Source of the DNA: Balanoglossus misakiensis
Taxonomy: Eukaryota > Animalia > Hemichordata
Length of the DNA stretch: 64,000 bases
Direction: 5' to 3'
Assembly (NCBI GenBank): GCA_040954595.2
Contig: CM082585.2
Coordinates: 7,601,253-7,665,252, forward strand
Below, piece after piece: positions 38,501 to 51,582 of the stretch. The notes under the pieces were generated by a model that saw only the letters and a list, made by a program, of their open reading frames with translations, had not been told where the DNA came from and searched no databases. A program made the position numbers and the translations under genes. The first letter of the stretch is position 1. The number at the start of each line of letters is the position of its first letter.

Positions 38501-41500
38501 ACTGCCATTGTATTTTGTCAACCTGATCTCAGTCCGAAAAATGATCCCCACTCATTATCCCCATTCAGTCAGTCAGTCACTTCCAGTTTTGTAGACTTAT
38601 GTCATTACCTGGAAAACACCCAGTTGTGGAGAAGTGCCGCCTGTATGATCGTCCTGCTCCACGGAATCTGAGTGGATGACGTCCACGAAGTCGGCATCGT
38701 CCCGAGAAAGACAGTGAGGTCCCGGCTGTCTTCGGTTTCCGCCCGCATCAATCAGGAAATTCGGTCGCGCCGGATCCAAAGCTGAAAAATAAATCCGTTT
38801 TCATGACAAAGAAACTTTACTTTAAAACACGTGATGTCAGTCTTGGATACAGCCTTATAAGTAACCCGCCATTACGCTAGAACCGAGTCAAAAGATCATA
38901 TTCTATACCTGTAATACGTTTAGCCTTGCATGTGGAGCCACTGCATTGCAAGTCTCGCTTCATCCATTTCCCAACCATCCCACTGATCTGAGCCCCCAGG
39001 CTGTGCCCGATCAAGTGAACGTCGTTGAGGGCGCTGCTGCCATGCCTGTCGAGGATGAAGCCGAGAAGGCGTTTGACCCGACTCGCCACGATCCTGGTGT
39101 TACTGGAGGCTTCGTCGTATTCCAGGAGTTTCAGCTAGGAATGTAATAGAATTTGCATAATTTTTAAAAGAGCTGAGACGTACATACGCCGCTGAATCCA
39201 TAAAGTCCAATGGTATGGGACCTACAACATTTACTCCCAGATGGAATCGGAACAGATGACGTCACATCTTGTTTTGCGCAATCGCACATCCTCGCCACAT
39301 TAAATATTATAAACTTTAAAATACGAGAGTGGCCCTTGATTTTCTGTTTACTGAACGGTGACAGTAGTGGTTCGTTTGAAAACATACAGTGGGTGTTCAC
39401 AGATTATTTTCCCCGACTGTTTTCCTAAGAGACCTACATCTGTATCGGGATCTGCAGCGGATTCCCAGTCCACGACGATGACGTTAAAATCGCCGGCGTT
39501 CACGAGCTCCATGGCAATCTCCTTCACCCAGTCCTTGCTTCCGGCGCTGTAGAATCCATGCGTGATGAACTGCAAGTGAACAAACGAGGAAAAGATGAAG
39601 TTTCCACCCGTTGCGAGATCTCGCGAGACTTGGTTAATTACCGTGGCAACAGATAGGTAACCACGTAAACTTTATGGGAACTGCTGCATTTATATAAGGT
39701 ATTGCTCATAACGTGGACTTTTACACGAGACAACGACATCATGATTGGATATCTGTTGCAGGGGGGAAATACATAAATCGACACAACTAGGAGTTGTTTC
39801 AACTTGGAGATACTTCACCTTAATCGGCTTTCCTGGCATGAAACTGGAATGCAAAGCCGTGGAAAACTGCATGTCCACCCCCTGCTTTTGTGACGGCGTG
39901 TAGAGCTTGAAGCCCACTGCTATATTCTCCTCCGGCAGTTCGTCGAAGGAGTCGACGCAGAATCGGCCATCGGCACCATAGTCTTTACACGCTTCAATTG
40001 TCGAAGGAAAGAAATCGATAAAATGTGGTTTAAAATAGAGTTTAATCTCCCTTTATCCCGTTAACGGGTCCATCATAAGTATGTTCCCAATAATTGACGG
40101 CGAGGATACTAAAACATTAGTGCGAATACGCAGGCATACAAACATAACCCTGGGCTTGTTTAACGTTAAAAAAAAAACAATGTCTAAAGTTAATGTTAGG
40201 TTAGGTTTAAAACTGGGGGCGGTAGACAACTACTTACTTGTAGGGGGAAGTCCGGTTGTCGGCGGGGTCGTCGCTGGAGATCAAAAATAAAGTTTGGTGA
40301 AAATATGCCTAGCTTTAATTATACACGGTCACTGGCCTTGCTTCGTACCACAGTTAAACTTTGTACAGCCATTATTGGAGACGGCGAGTCTCAGGTAGGT
40401 CTGCGGACGGCCTTGGGAGCTGTGTACAGATACTGACGTCACGGTGTGGTTAACACAAACAAAAGTGAATCATAAAAAACCACTGTACGTATTGACCAAT
40501 CCGAAATAAGGGCGTGACTCGGTCGCCATGCATAAATATATGCGTGTTGACAAACCACCGACTCATTCCTAACTCGGTACGGGTCCCCTCGGTCATGAAT
40601 AAAAAACAGAACAGCGACGGCCCAAATACGTAGGCCTAGTTCATTGTATCCCACCTTGTACCTAAACGTAGAACACGTACGCTCATTCGTCTCTGGTCGT
40701 GTTTGACCCCAATTCTTTATTGCAATTGTCCCAAATATATTTGTTGGACGTGGGTTAGGCTTTCACTAATTAGTCCGTGGACAATTAAACGCATAAATAT
40801 AACAGCTTAGATGTAGGTGCAAGTTCTATTTTCTCGTAACTATTTTATAAATTCCCCAAGCTACGATTACGTGTATTCTATACAACCCCCAAACGGACGG
40901 AAAGTCGGGATGCATGAGATAAGCCACGCCGCAAATGACGTAATTCGCTGCACACTTTTTATTGGTGTTCGACCCGGATGTTGTTAGACATTCTAGTTAT
41001 TGTCATATACAGTACTGTTTTATGCAAGTTGATAGTTAGATAGTAGAGTGTGGTCTAAAGAGCTTCATATAAGTCATTCACAAATCCAGGTGGAAAAATT
41101 TAAATAATTATAAGTACATGTACATCCGCGTTCCTGACGTTTATATACCAACCAGGCGTCATATACCAGAAACACAATTCATATACTGTCAACCGAAAAA
41201 TGATACCCTGACCTCTGACCTCACGTTGAGGCCAGTCCGACTTCAAATCAATGCTGGATAGTTTTCGATAAACACTGAGCAACTTCGGTAAATATACATT
41301 CAGTCAATCTATAACTTTCGATCAACAACGATTTGGTATTTAAAATAATCCACAAGCTCTGAATGGAACGCGGAACATGGTGTCACGTCGCGCATCGATC
41401 AGAAGTTTTATGAGATAGTCCTAGTTCCGGGTTGATTGATACTAAGACAGAGACGGAAAGTGAGAGAGAGACAGAGAGACAGATGAAAACTGACAAGCGA

Positions 41501-41928
41501 AGTCAAAGTGAAGGTTACAAGTGACCTTGAGCATTTAAATAAACCAGAGGTCGTTAACTAGGCCACTAGAACGACATTAATTCTATGCGTGTTTCAAAAC
41601 CATGTTCGTCTCACTCTCGAACCATTGACCTGAATAGTGAAGATTGTAAACGACGGTGGTACAGTATGGTGGTACTCATTAAGAATGCAAACGCCAGAAT
41701 TTCGAACTATTGCACGTATATCGAGCTCCCAGGGCGGGCCGATGACTTTTTTGGGGGGTCAAGACACACAGCCTTCGTATCCTGTTCACTCTCTATTGTT
41801 CTCGGCCCCTGTTGTCCCAACACCACCACTACAACCAGCGGTCAACGCACGTACACGTACTTACCCGCACTGGTTCCGATGAGGTAAAGTAACAGGACAC
41901 CCTGCAGACAGATTCTCATGGATCTCAT
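32585..41928 (-). CDS. Secreted mosaic protein: signal peptide, two pancreatic-lipase-family catalytic domains, two WSC domains, two Cys-rich helical (stanniocalcin-like) repeats
   Basis: Signal exon 41928-41865 (MRSMRICLQGVLLLYLIGTSA), Thr/Pro mini-exon ~40274-40239. Lipase 1 at ~39991-38148 and lipase 2 at ~37935-35915, each with FITHGF, NVIxVDW, GHSLG, LDPA, DADFVDVIHSD, GHADFYPNGG and CDH. WSC 1 at ~35692-35410, WSC 2 at ~35217-35049 plus ~34758-34666. Repeats GNCEFFDCFNHRHIC...YC (~34154-33350) and GHCDFYSCFDKRYPCGPDGF (~33231-32585). All junctions checked were phase-compatible. Confidence 0.8.
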
Positions 41929-42517
41929 AACTAGTGCTAATTTGGAATGTCTCTCGGATAAATTCAGACGGCGCCTGAAATCACATAACGGCGGGTACGC
42001 GTGATACCTGCCAAAACTTTTATTTCCTGCAACGTCACTACTTCGAGGAATAGGGCAACGCGGAAGTATGGTTGACAATATTTCTAGTTGTTGGCCCTTG
42101 AGGGCGCGCTTCACATCGAAGGCCGAGCGAGCAGACTCGGCTGGACTGCTCAAGACTTGGGAAAGTTTGGTCTGTACTGGCAAAACACTACGTCACTTTG
42201 AGTTCTAATTATTGTTTGACAAAGACAAATCATCTCTACCTGTATTAAATTGTTTCTAGTACAATGTATAGTACATGTACTATTCCGATACGAACCGGCA
42301 CGACGTCATCACCGTAGAAAAGAAGTGTTCAGACTACACGACATTTACGTCATACAAAACAGCAAGGAGCTTTTACAGAAACGTCACATTGAAATTGGTG
42401 CCTACAGTTTGAAATTAGTTGTACTGGATTTGAAAGTGATAGGCAATGGTTTGAAAAGATAATGTGTGCTCAACACACGTGGTTTTGAGTTGATTCATCC
42501 ACGTGACGTCAATTTTC

Positions 42518-44743
42518 TTAGCTTCGCTCAAAGTACATGAAATCCTGCAAGAAAAATAATCGTGTGTTTAGTCATTTCGGTACCACTAATTATTTCAACA
42601 CTGTAGGTCAATAATAAGGGCCCCCAGATCGGAGGCTTGAAAAATAACCGATATTCGTATCGCCGGGGAAGGAAAAACTTGAAACTTACGATCAGAAAGA
42701 CTGCGCCAATCATCACGGCTTTCATCTTCACGTCGAGGTCCATGGGAACTGAAAATGTAGCGTACAGAGACATTGGTCTATGCATCTACTTTTCAGCGAA
42801 AGAAATCAGTTAAGTTGGACAGACTCAGGGAATACTACAAGCAAATTAATATCTTCTGAATGCATGTCTGTATCATTCTGTTTAAACTATCTCAAAATGG
42901 ACAACACTCACATGTTATGCCAAACTGATCAGCGTCTGTAAAAAACTCGGTGCCCAATCCCGACCACTGCTTAGCCACTCTACCAACAGTGGCTGACTTA
43001 TCCAGCGTTTTTACCTAAAAATATCAAAACGGTGACTTTTGAATCGAATTTCTGCCCGTGGAAATGAAAAGATCACCCAAATCACTTTAGACGAGGCATT
43101 TGGAAAGTATATACAAGTCGTCTTCCTCGTTGCCAGGGTGACGCGACATTTACTCACATCGAAATTGACGTCACTGCAACAACGACACTGGAGGCAGGGA
43201 CCATCCACTTTGAGAACCGTCTCGTCTTCCGCGTTGCGAATGTCAAATCTCGGGAAGAGCAGACTCCACCTAAAATCGAGCAGAAACAGTACTTTTTATA
43301 ATTATTCACCGTTTCGGTCAGATATTTTAATGATGAATCGGTAACCATACGAAGTCAAAATGTTACATGAAACCACGATTCCGAGTGAAAATCTGTGATT
43401 GGCCAGATCTAAGTTTTCCCTGAGTGAAACGTACGTTTGGTGTATCCCTCCGAGGTGCACCCCGTCCGCCGTGGAGACATGTAGTTCCATGAGACAGCAA
43501 AAACAGCAGCAGCCCTCGCAGCGGTACGGTCGTTTAATCGTTAACACCTCCCTCTCGGAGTTGTCAGTCACGTGCATGGTGTACGGTCTCATGCGTCCGC
43601 AACACTGGCGGTTCCAAAATCCGGTGTCTGCAAAACAAAATATATGAGACACTTTTGTAGTTCGGTTTGTCATTAGGGCAGTGACAATCTGCCTCGGTTG
43701 ATCAAAATCAATGCGTTTTAAAACAAAATGCAATGAAATGTAAGCGACCTACATATTACTGAGTGGAGTCGCAAAAAACGACACTTACCCTCTTTTACAT
43801 AGTAAATCTGTTGTCCCATAGAATTGCAAAGTCGGTACTCATTCGCCCATTCACAGCCACAAAATACTGCAACAGAAAGTAATGGTATTTTAAAATAAAT
43901 TCAGAAGTTATTCGTTGATCCTAACCGCTATTAGTATATCTGACAGTGTATTGTTTTTTTAATACTAAAATTATAATTTTGAGCGATTGGGGCGATGGGG
44001 TTGTTGCTATGAACCAGCCGTTGCTATAAGAACTCCAGGATGTTTACTTTCCTCGTTTGGCCGTAACTACCTATACCACCCAACTGTTAGCACGAATTGC
44101 AAAGTTTAATCTACAGTGAGATGAAATCAATGAGTGACCCGGAGATTAAGACCGTGACCTTTCAGGGGTCATTTCCAGATAATCTGCATGACAAGATACT
44201 ACTGAGGGGCCGGGTCACGTGACTGCGGCTCACAGCGCAGACAAGAAAATCTGATTTTCTCTTCCTTCACGACGAACTGTTGTAGCAACATGCGCGCCAT
44301 GCAATCTTTTTATACATGCGACACGGAAAACTGCTAGAGATAATTCTGAGTTGCATCAGTATGAAAGAAGATATTAGGATCGTTTTATATTTTTATACGT
44401 TTTATAGTTTTGGTTTTATGATCACAATTTACGAGTCCAAACATGCAAGTAAAACAAACCTTACACGCCACGCCTCAGGCCTAAAACATTCACAGATATG
44501 CAAATAGTTCTTCTTACTTTCGGATACCTGTCGTTTCTGGTACACCAATATCTGGTCGATTTGAGTCAGGTACTCCAGGCCCGGCGGGCAGCCCGGCGGT
44601 GCAACTTGGGCCATGGGCGTCATGGGGACGCCATATTGGTTTTGAGTGAAGCCGCCGTACGGCTGTGTCGTCACCGCGGCCGTCTGCACCTGTCCCGGGT
44701 ACTCCGCGCCCTCCTGTGTTTTGTCTGTGTCGTCATAATCCAT
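42518..44743 (-). CDS. Phospholipid scramblase family protein (PLSCR1/2-like); 7 coding exons
   Basis: PPGCPPGLEYLTQIDQILVYQ, GCEWANEY, NSMGQQIY, NRQCCG..RPY, Cys cluster CEGCCCFCCLME, KQWSG..EFFTDADQFGI, FPMDLDVKMKAVMIGAVFLIDFMYFE. Stop TAA at 42520-42518. Confidence 0.93.
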
Positions 44744-45248
44744 GCTGGTCAGTGTCAAGGCCCAGGCGTATGTTTTTCCCGCTCTAATCGCAGATCCCTT
44801 TGTTCCTGTAAGAAATGTCTGGACTGTCTATCCCTATAGTGACATGGCGTTCTCTGCCTTATCATTAACCAACAAAGTTAAAGTGTAATGATCGCAACGG
44901 ACTATCTGGCACAAAAATGCCATGATAACCACGTACTTATGACTCAGGATTTGCAAATTCAATGACGCACTGCACATGGAAGATAGCGACACTGAAGCAG
45001 GAAACCCGGAAAATCGATAATAACTGATCACGCTCTTATTATGTTGTAAACTTTTTATTCTAGAAAGAAGCCATAGTTTTAGGTCGAAAAATTACTCCGA
45101 TGTAATGAAGTATTTTAACAATCGATTGCTGTATGTAATGTCTTCGTGTTTATCATTTGGGATTCACTGTATTTTTGAATGACAGTTTTCTTGGTGTGGC
45201 ATGATGAGATGATAAGAAAAAGTTGCTGTTTTTACGTGCATTTTGAGA

Positions 45249-47475
45249 TCATGCCAATTCGCTTCTTTTTCTCATTTCAACTTTTCTGACGAACTCTCTG
45301 AAATCCTGGGCTACTAGATGAGGCACTTGAAAAACGGGAAAGTGTCCGCCCGTGTCCACTCGGTTGTAACTGACCAAATCCTTGAAGAAGTACTTCGCCC
45401 AAGCCTCCGGAAGGCGACACAGTTCGTACTTGAACGTCACGATGCCGACTGGTGTTGTCACTTGACGGCTGAAAAAAACGCAGGAAAGCAAAATATTAGT
45501 AACAGCGTTAAAAATGATGTCATCTACTTTCAAGTATACATTATAAAATATTTTATCTTTTAGTTTCATACGAAGCTTGAATTGGCCCAGAAACGCGTTG
45601 CTACGGTGATTAACCAAGTCTCGCGAGATCTCGCAACGTGCCGGAAGTCATCTATCGTTTGGCGTATCTGAGAAAGATATAATCACGCAGAAATACTGAC
45701 GTCATTGGGTCTGCCAGTGTCCTGTGGTTGCACTCCCTGTAGTATCTCATCGACGACACAACATTTCCACTGACCCAGTAGATCATGATGTTGGTCAAGA
45801 GGTCATCCATACTGAAGTGGATGTTGAAGCCGCCGTCGTCCAGATCGAGATACGCTGGGTTGGTCCACGCCACGTACTTCTCCAGAATGTAGGCGGCCAG
45901 TCCAATGGGAGAGTTATTCAGGCCATAGCCTGCAGGTGATTGAAAAGAGAAGATTGGTGTGTTTAATACACTGTCACTGACACACAAGACTACTGATTTT
46001 GATGTCCAGAAGAAACACTACCCTGGAAATTATTACAGACTAGACAGATAGTTAAACAGTACGAGACTGGTCGTGTCACGTGTCCTGTTCACCAACTGAC
46101 CTAACAAATCCGGCCGTTGCGATTGCACGTTCAAATATCCGCCCTCAACGAATCGGTAAGCGACGTACTGAGATACGGGTACCAAGGGATAGAAGTCTTC
46201 CTTGTCCCACACGAGCGACGGGAAAACGCTCGCAACCGCCCACTGCAGTACTTTCATCGGCGGCTGACCGAAAGGCATGTTGGTATGATAGCCTAGAATG
46301 TGACTGAAAGAAAATATGGCAGTATGAGGGCGATTTATTTCCCTTTCTCATTTGTGAGAATGAACTCGAACATTTTACCACCCTCTCCGGCGAATCAGCA
46401 GAAGCGCATCGACAAGGAAGTTCATCTGGCCAGAAGAATACTATATTCATACATTTCACTGTGTACACACAGTGGTCAAACATCATACAAACTATATCAG
46501 AAATAATAAGTACATTTATAACTCACCTAGGCTGGATGTACATAAGTGCCACGCCAATCACAGACCCCCAGTCACCACCTTGGAAGTAGTACTTATCGAA
46601 TCCAAGCCGAACCATCAATTTGTCAAAAATTCTTGCAGTCTCGTAACAATCATGACCTGTCATTAAGGGTATAATATTCAGGTCAGATACTGCGCGATAC
46701 ATACATACATACATACATACATACATACATACATACATACATACATACATACATACATACATACATACATACATACATACATACATAAATACATACATAC
46801 ATACACACAAACAAACAGACAGACAGACAGGCAGACAGACAGACAGGGCATTCATGACGTACCTTTGTGGTGTGGAGCCTCAGACAGCCCAAAGCCAGGA
46901 ATCGATGGAATGACTAACTCGAAAGCATCGTCTTCGGTACCACCGTGATTCAACGGATCGGTCAGCACCGGTATGAGCTTGTAGAACGCAACGAAAGAGC
47001 TCCCCCAGCCATTGACCATGAGGGCGACTTTGCTCCTCCTCTCCGCGTTCGCCACTTTGGGCTTCACGCGGATGAAGTGGATGTCGATCCCTTCGATGTT
47101 CGTCAGGAAGTGGTCGTATTGGTTGAGATATCGCTCCTGCTCCCGCCAGTCGTACGAGTGCCTCCAGTACTCGAGCACCTCCTTCAGATATCCCGAGTTG
47201 AAGCCGTAGTGGAACTTCGTGCCTTCGAGCGATTCGAACAACCTGCTCCGGTTCAGCCTGGCTTGCAAGTCCAAGAGAACGGAATCGTCGACGCTGATTC
47301 TGAACTGTCGCACGGACGTGTCGGCTTCTTCGCCCGTCCCCGGTCTGTCTCCTTTCCCCCACCACCCGTCGCCGTACGGCATCGGTTCCCGACCATCGGA
47401 CCAAAACCCACCAAAATATATAGCGGTAGCCAAGGCGACGGCGAAAAAGACGAAAACCCCCACTTTTCGGCCCAT
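45249..47475 (-). CDS. Microsomal epoxide hydrolase EPHX1-like, copy A (5 exons; HGWP motif altered to NGWG)
   Basis: N-terminal TM anchor, GDGWWG, YDWREQERYLNQYDHF, IEGIDIHF, PSIPGFGLSE, nucleophile QGGDWGS, SPIGLAAYILEK, MRYYRE, FKYEL, GGHF. Confidence 0.9.
46697..46846. repeat. (ACAT)n plus (AGAC)n microsatellite, intronic
   Basis: Direct reading. Confidence 0.95.
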
Positions 47476-48151
47476 GATGGCGAGGAGGGAAGTAATCTAG
47501 CAAGAATCGAGTGAAGTGGTGTCGGGTAGATTTTAGACAAATATCGCTCGACACGAATCCAGCGCTAATTTGATTGGTATGTTCCACCAGCTCCAACGAA
47601 GAGGGCAAATTTACATATTCGGGATCTGTGAAGGTACCGTTACATATATTGGGCGGCCTTCCGGTGGCACGGGCCATCGACATAGTTCGATTTGCATGTC
47701 ACGCTGTCCTCAGGGTGCGGGCACACATCACATGCACACTATTATTCAGAGCTTGCAAGAAGCTGGGCGTACTTCATGGTGTATAGCCCCTGTCTTTTTG
47801 GCGTTCGCTAAGAATAAAACGCGACCTTTAGCCGACGCACCCCGATGTCACCAGCATAAAATGATGCAGGGTATGGCGACCGATGACTCGACAATACGTA
47901 AAACACCATCTGGGTCTTTTTTCATCATTTCAATGTGGATATGCACGACCCCCCTCAGTGACTCAGCAACTTTGGGCGACTGTCCCATGAAGCCTATCGC
48001 CAGGATGGATTGCACGTATATTAGGAGAAAAATCTACAACTGTGACGTCACCAAAATGGCCATTTATTTCTCTGTTGAATGACATAGCCTTTAAATATTG
48101 GTGTGAATTACAAAAGCAGCAACCTATATCTGTTGTCATGGAAATTCTTTT

Positions 48152-48582
48152 TCACTTGCTGACGTTTCGTCTTTGCATCATCTGTTTAACCGCCTTCCTG
48201 ATGTCTTCGACCAGTAGCGTTGGTTCCTCCAAGGCCGCAAAGCGCCCTCCCCTCGGCAATCTGGCATAGCTGACCAGTTCTGGGAAGATCTGCCTGGCCC
48301 AAGTCTTTGGCAAGCGAATCAGTTCGTGCTTGAAAGCAGCGATGGCCATGGGCACCGTGACTTTGCAGCTGAAAAAGTCCAAAGTGAAAGGCAACTATCA
48401 CGGCCCTGTTCGTGCAATGTTGTCAGGCGAAATCCCGCAGTTCAACAGTTCTGCAATGTATTTCTTGCATTCGAATCGGGCAGTGATGCACGGTGTTGTA
48501 GGTAGCCCTCTGTCTGTCTGTCTGTTTGTTTGTCTGTCTGTCTGTCTGTTTGTCTGTTTCCCCTCTCTTCTCTGTTTCTCTG

Positions 48583-48632
<50 letters not shown>

Positions 48633-50380
48633 CCCAAAATGTTAAAAGAGATAAAATAGTTGTACTCACTTTGTTGGCTCATAGAGTGCCTTTGGCAGTG
48701 TTTCCTTATACAGTCTTAAAGAAGGACCAATGTTTTCATTCACCCAGTAGATCATTATGTTGGTCAACAGTTCGTCCAATGTGAAATGTTTCTCCAGGTC
48801 ACCGTGAGGGGAGTTCGTCCACATTGCAAACTGTTCTATGACGTATGAAGCCAAGCCGAGCGGGGAATCGTTCAGCACGAAGCCTGTAGAAACGGCAGCG
48901 GACAACAATAATTATATTAGCATGCAATTGCAAACGCTCTTGTATTCTAATGTTCAAATGCATTTGTGGATGTTTTCGTTTCACGCTTTGCTTAAATGTG
49001 CATATGCAGACAAACACACAGGCAGGCATACAGACGACACAAGGATGGGTATATTGGGACAGACAAACGGTCTGAGTCGAAAATGACACACGTAGATAAC
49101 AGCAATATAACAGCACAATGCTTAGTTACGTGACTGGACTGAAATTACAGTGTAGTTTCGAACCTGGGGTGTCCGGTCGTGTCATGTGGAAATGAGTGTA
49201 CGACACCATCGGGAACAGTCGCTTCGCGCGTCCGGAAAGAGGAAACACGTACTCCACGTCTTCTTGGTCCACCACCAACGTAGGGAATAGACTTCCTATG
49301 GCCATTTTTATAAGATAATTCGATGGCAAACAGAACGGGGTGTTGGTATGGAAACCTAACACGTGGCTAGTAAAATATGAAAAAAAGAGGATGGAAATTC
49401 AGTGCTAAAAATCCATGCAGACAGACAGGCAGACAGACATATCTTTCATTTTGTATACTCATTTTGTAAATTGTTAAATCAAAATCTAACCCACCTTGGC
49501 TGGATACGACTAAGGTAGTTGCCGATGATGGACCCGAAGTCACCGCCGTGGATGTAAAATTTGTCAAATCCAAGTCTCGTCATGAGTTTGTCGAAGACGC
49601 GAGCCGCTGCCAGAGCATCGAAACCTATGGGGGAAGAGAAACGATACTTGATATTATCTTTTTTTCATATAATATATCTGAAGACTTATGGATAGCTTCA
49701 TCACCATTCCCCATATACACCGATGACGCTGACATCATACCGTTGTCCCGGTAACCTTTTTTATACGTGCCTTGTTTGTGCGGTGCTTCAGAGAATCCAA
49801 AACCCGGTATGGAGGGACAGATCACCTCAAACGCGTCGTCCTCGCTCCCTCCGTGGTTCAGGGGGTCAGTCAACATGGGGATTATTTTGTAGAACTCGAA
49901 GAAGGAGCCCGGCCAACCGTGAACCAAGAGTAGCGGTCGTCTGGCGTTCTCCCCGGAGTCTCTCTTCGGTTTGGCGTGGACGAAGTGCACGTCTATTCCC
50001 TCGATGACGGTCATGTAGTGATCGAATCCGTTCAGAAGTCGTTCTTGCTTGCGCCAGTCGAACCCGCCTTTCCAGTACCGGGCCACGACGTCCCCGACGT
50101 ACTCCGGGTCGACGTGGTACAGGCTCGGCGAATCTTCCAGGGGTTCGAATAGTCTGGCGGTCAGGTTCAAGCGCCAGCTCAAGTCCGCCAGGACGTCGTC
50201 AGCGACTCGTATTTCGAACTCCCGGACGCTGGCGTCTCCCTCGCCCGCGGGTTTTTCTCCGACGCCCCACCACCCGTCGCCGTACACGGCATCAGTCGGC
50301 GGAGACGCAAGAAAACCACCCAGATACAGGGCGATCGCCGTGGTGGTAATAAACACGGTGACTTTTATTTTCCGACCCAT
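48152..50380 (-). CDS. Microsomal epoxide hydrolase EPHX1-like, copy B (5 exons; catalytic His replaced by Arg)
   Basis: GDGWWG, FDWRKQERLLN, HGWPGSFFEFYKIIP, CPSIPGFGFSE, HGGDFGS, LNDSPLGLASY, LRLYKE, FKHEL, but GGRFAALEEP where the family has GGHFAA. Confidence 0.88.
48510..48628. repeat. (TGTC)n and (CT)n microsatellites, intronic
   Basis: Direct reading. Confidence 0.9.
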
Positions 50381-51156
50381 CGCAGTTGTCTGTCAGTTGA
50401 AATAGAATCACAGTATTATGGGAAAAATGTACAGCACAATCTACTGCTAGAACAGATGTGAATGGCATGGATAAGGCAGTGGGTGACAAAGGTGGTCGCT
50501 CGGAGTGACAGCTACCAGCAAAAACACACGTTCCGATCAGAGACACCCACATGCAAGCTACCATATGGCATGGGGATTATGTACATGTACAGCGTCGAAC
50601 AACCACTTTCTATTTGAATTGTGCCGCTATTGACATAAAGTGTGGGGTGAAGAAAGTGCAGATTAGGCCTATAAGCATCACGATCGCATCTCTTTTCGAA
50701 AAAGTACCGCTTATATTTTTAATGATAATATTAGGACAACATTTAATCAGAATGGAAAATCTGAAGGTACTTTTATAACACCTAGAAGAAATAGAAAATT
50801 GACAACGATTTCTGTTTTGTTTAATATCTTCTCGAAACACATTTTTGTGCCTATGAACCAATGTTTGCATTTGTGACATGTTCATATACTTTTCAGCACT
50901 AGGTGGCGCTCTGCAATTCTCTCGGGAGGACGATGCTGACTCGGATTTACTTTCGGATTTTGCCGTCCGTGCCAAAAAAATGTCATACGTTTCATAAAGC
51001 GGTCTACTTTTATCACAGTGTTTTTATACTACCGAATAAAAAAATCGATGGTTGTTCGAAAATGCATAACTTCGTTCAGTTACACTAAACCGAAAATGGA
51101 TCCGAAAGCGAATCTGAGTCTAACGTCGTGGCGGGCGGTCTGTCATGGCGGCGCTT

Positions 51157-51582
51157 TAGTCTCGGTTACCCAGAGCCCTCTGCTTCTTCCGTTAGGCACT
51201 CCAGAAAGAGGGTCTGGGGAAACCCGGTAGACAAACCGTCAGGCGGAATCGGGACAGCTGCGATGCATGACGGGAGATTAATATTCGATACGATATTATG
51301 ATATGTCGATATTAGAAAACTATTTACCGAACTTCTCTCTCTCTTTTCAATTTGTATACAGTTTTAGCAGGTCTAGCACTTCTCAGCATGTTTTCTTTAT
51401 CGTATGTCATATATGTCGGCCGTGGGTTCGCGCGCAGGACGTCGCCATTTTGGAATATTAATCTCCCGTCATGCATCGCAGCTGTCCCGATTCCGCCTGA
51501 CGGTTTGTCTACCGGGTTTCCCCAGACCCTCTTTCTGGAGTGCCTAACGGAAGAAGCAGAGGGCTCTGGGTAACCGAGACTA
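51157..51582. mobile_element. Non-autonomous DNA transposon, 426 bp, with 130-bp TIRs and a 10-bp TSD
   Basis: Arm 51157-51286 (tagtctcggttacccagagcc...ttaatattc) is the reverse complement of 51453-51582. The direct repeat ggcggcgctt flanks it at 51147-51156 and 51583-51592. Confidence 0.93.

Noticed and set aside
46880-47683. 267-aa overlapping ORF and antisense ORFs over EPHX and RHBDD1 exons
   Set aside because: Shadow frames of GC-rich coding exons with no recognisable motifs.
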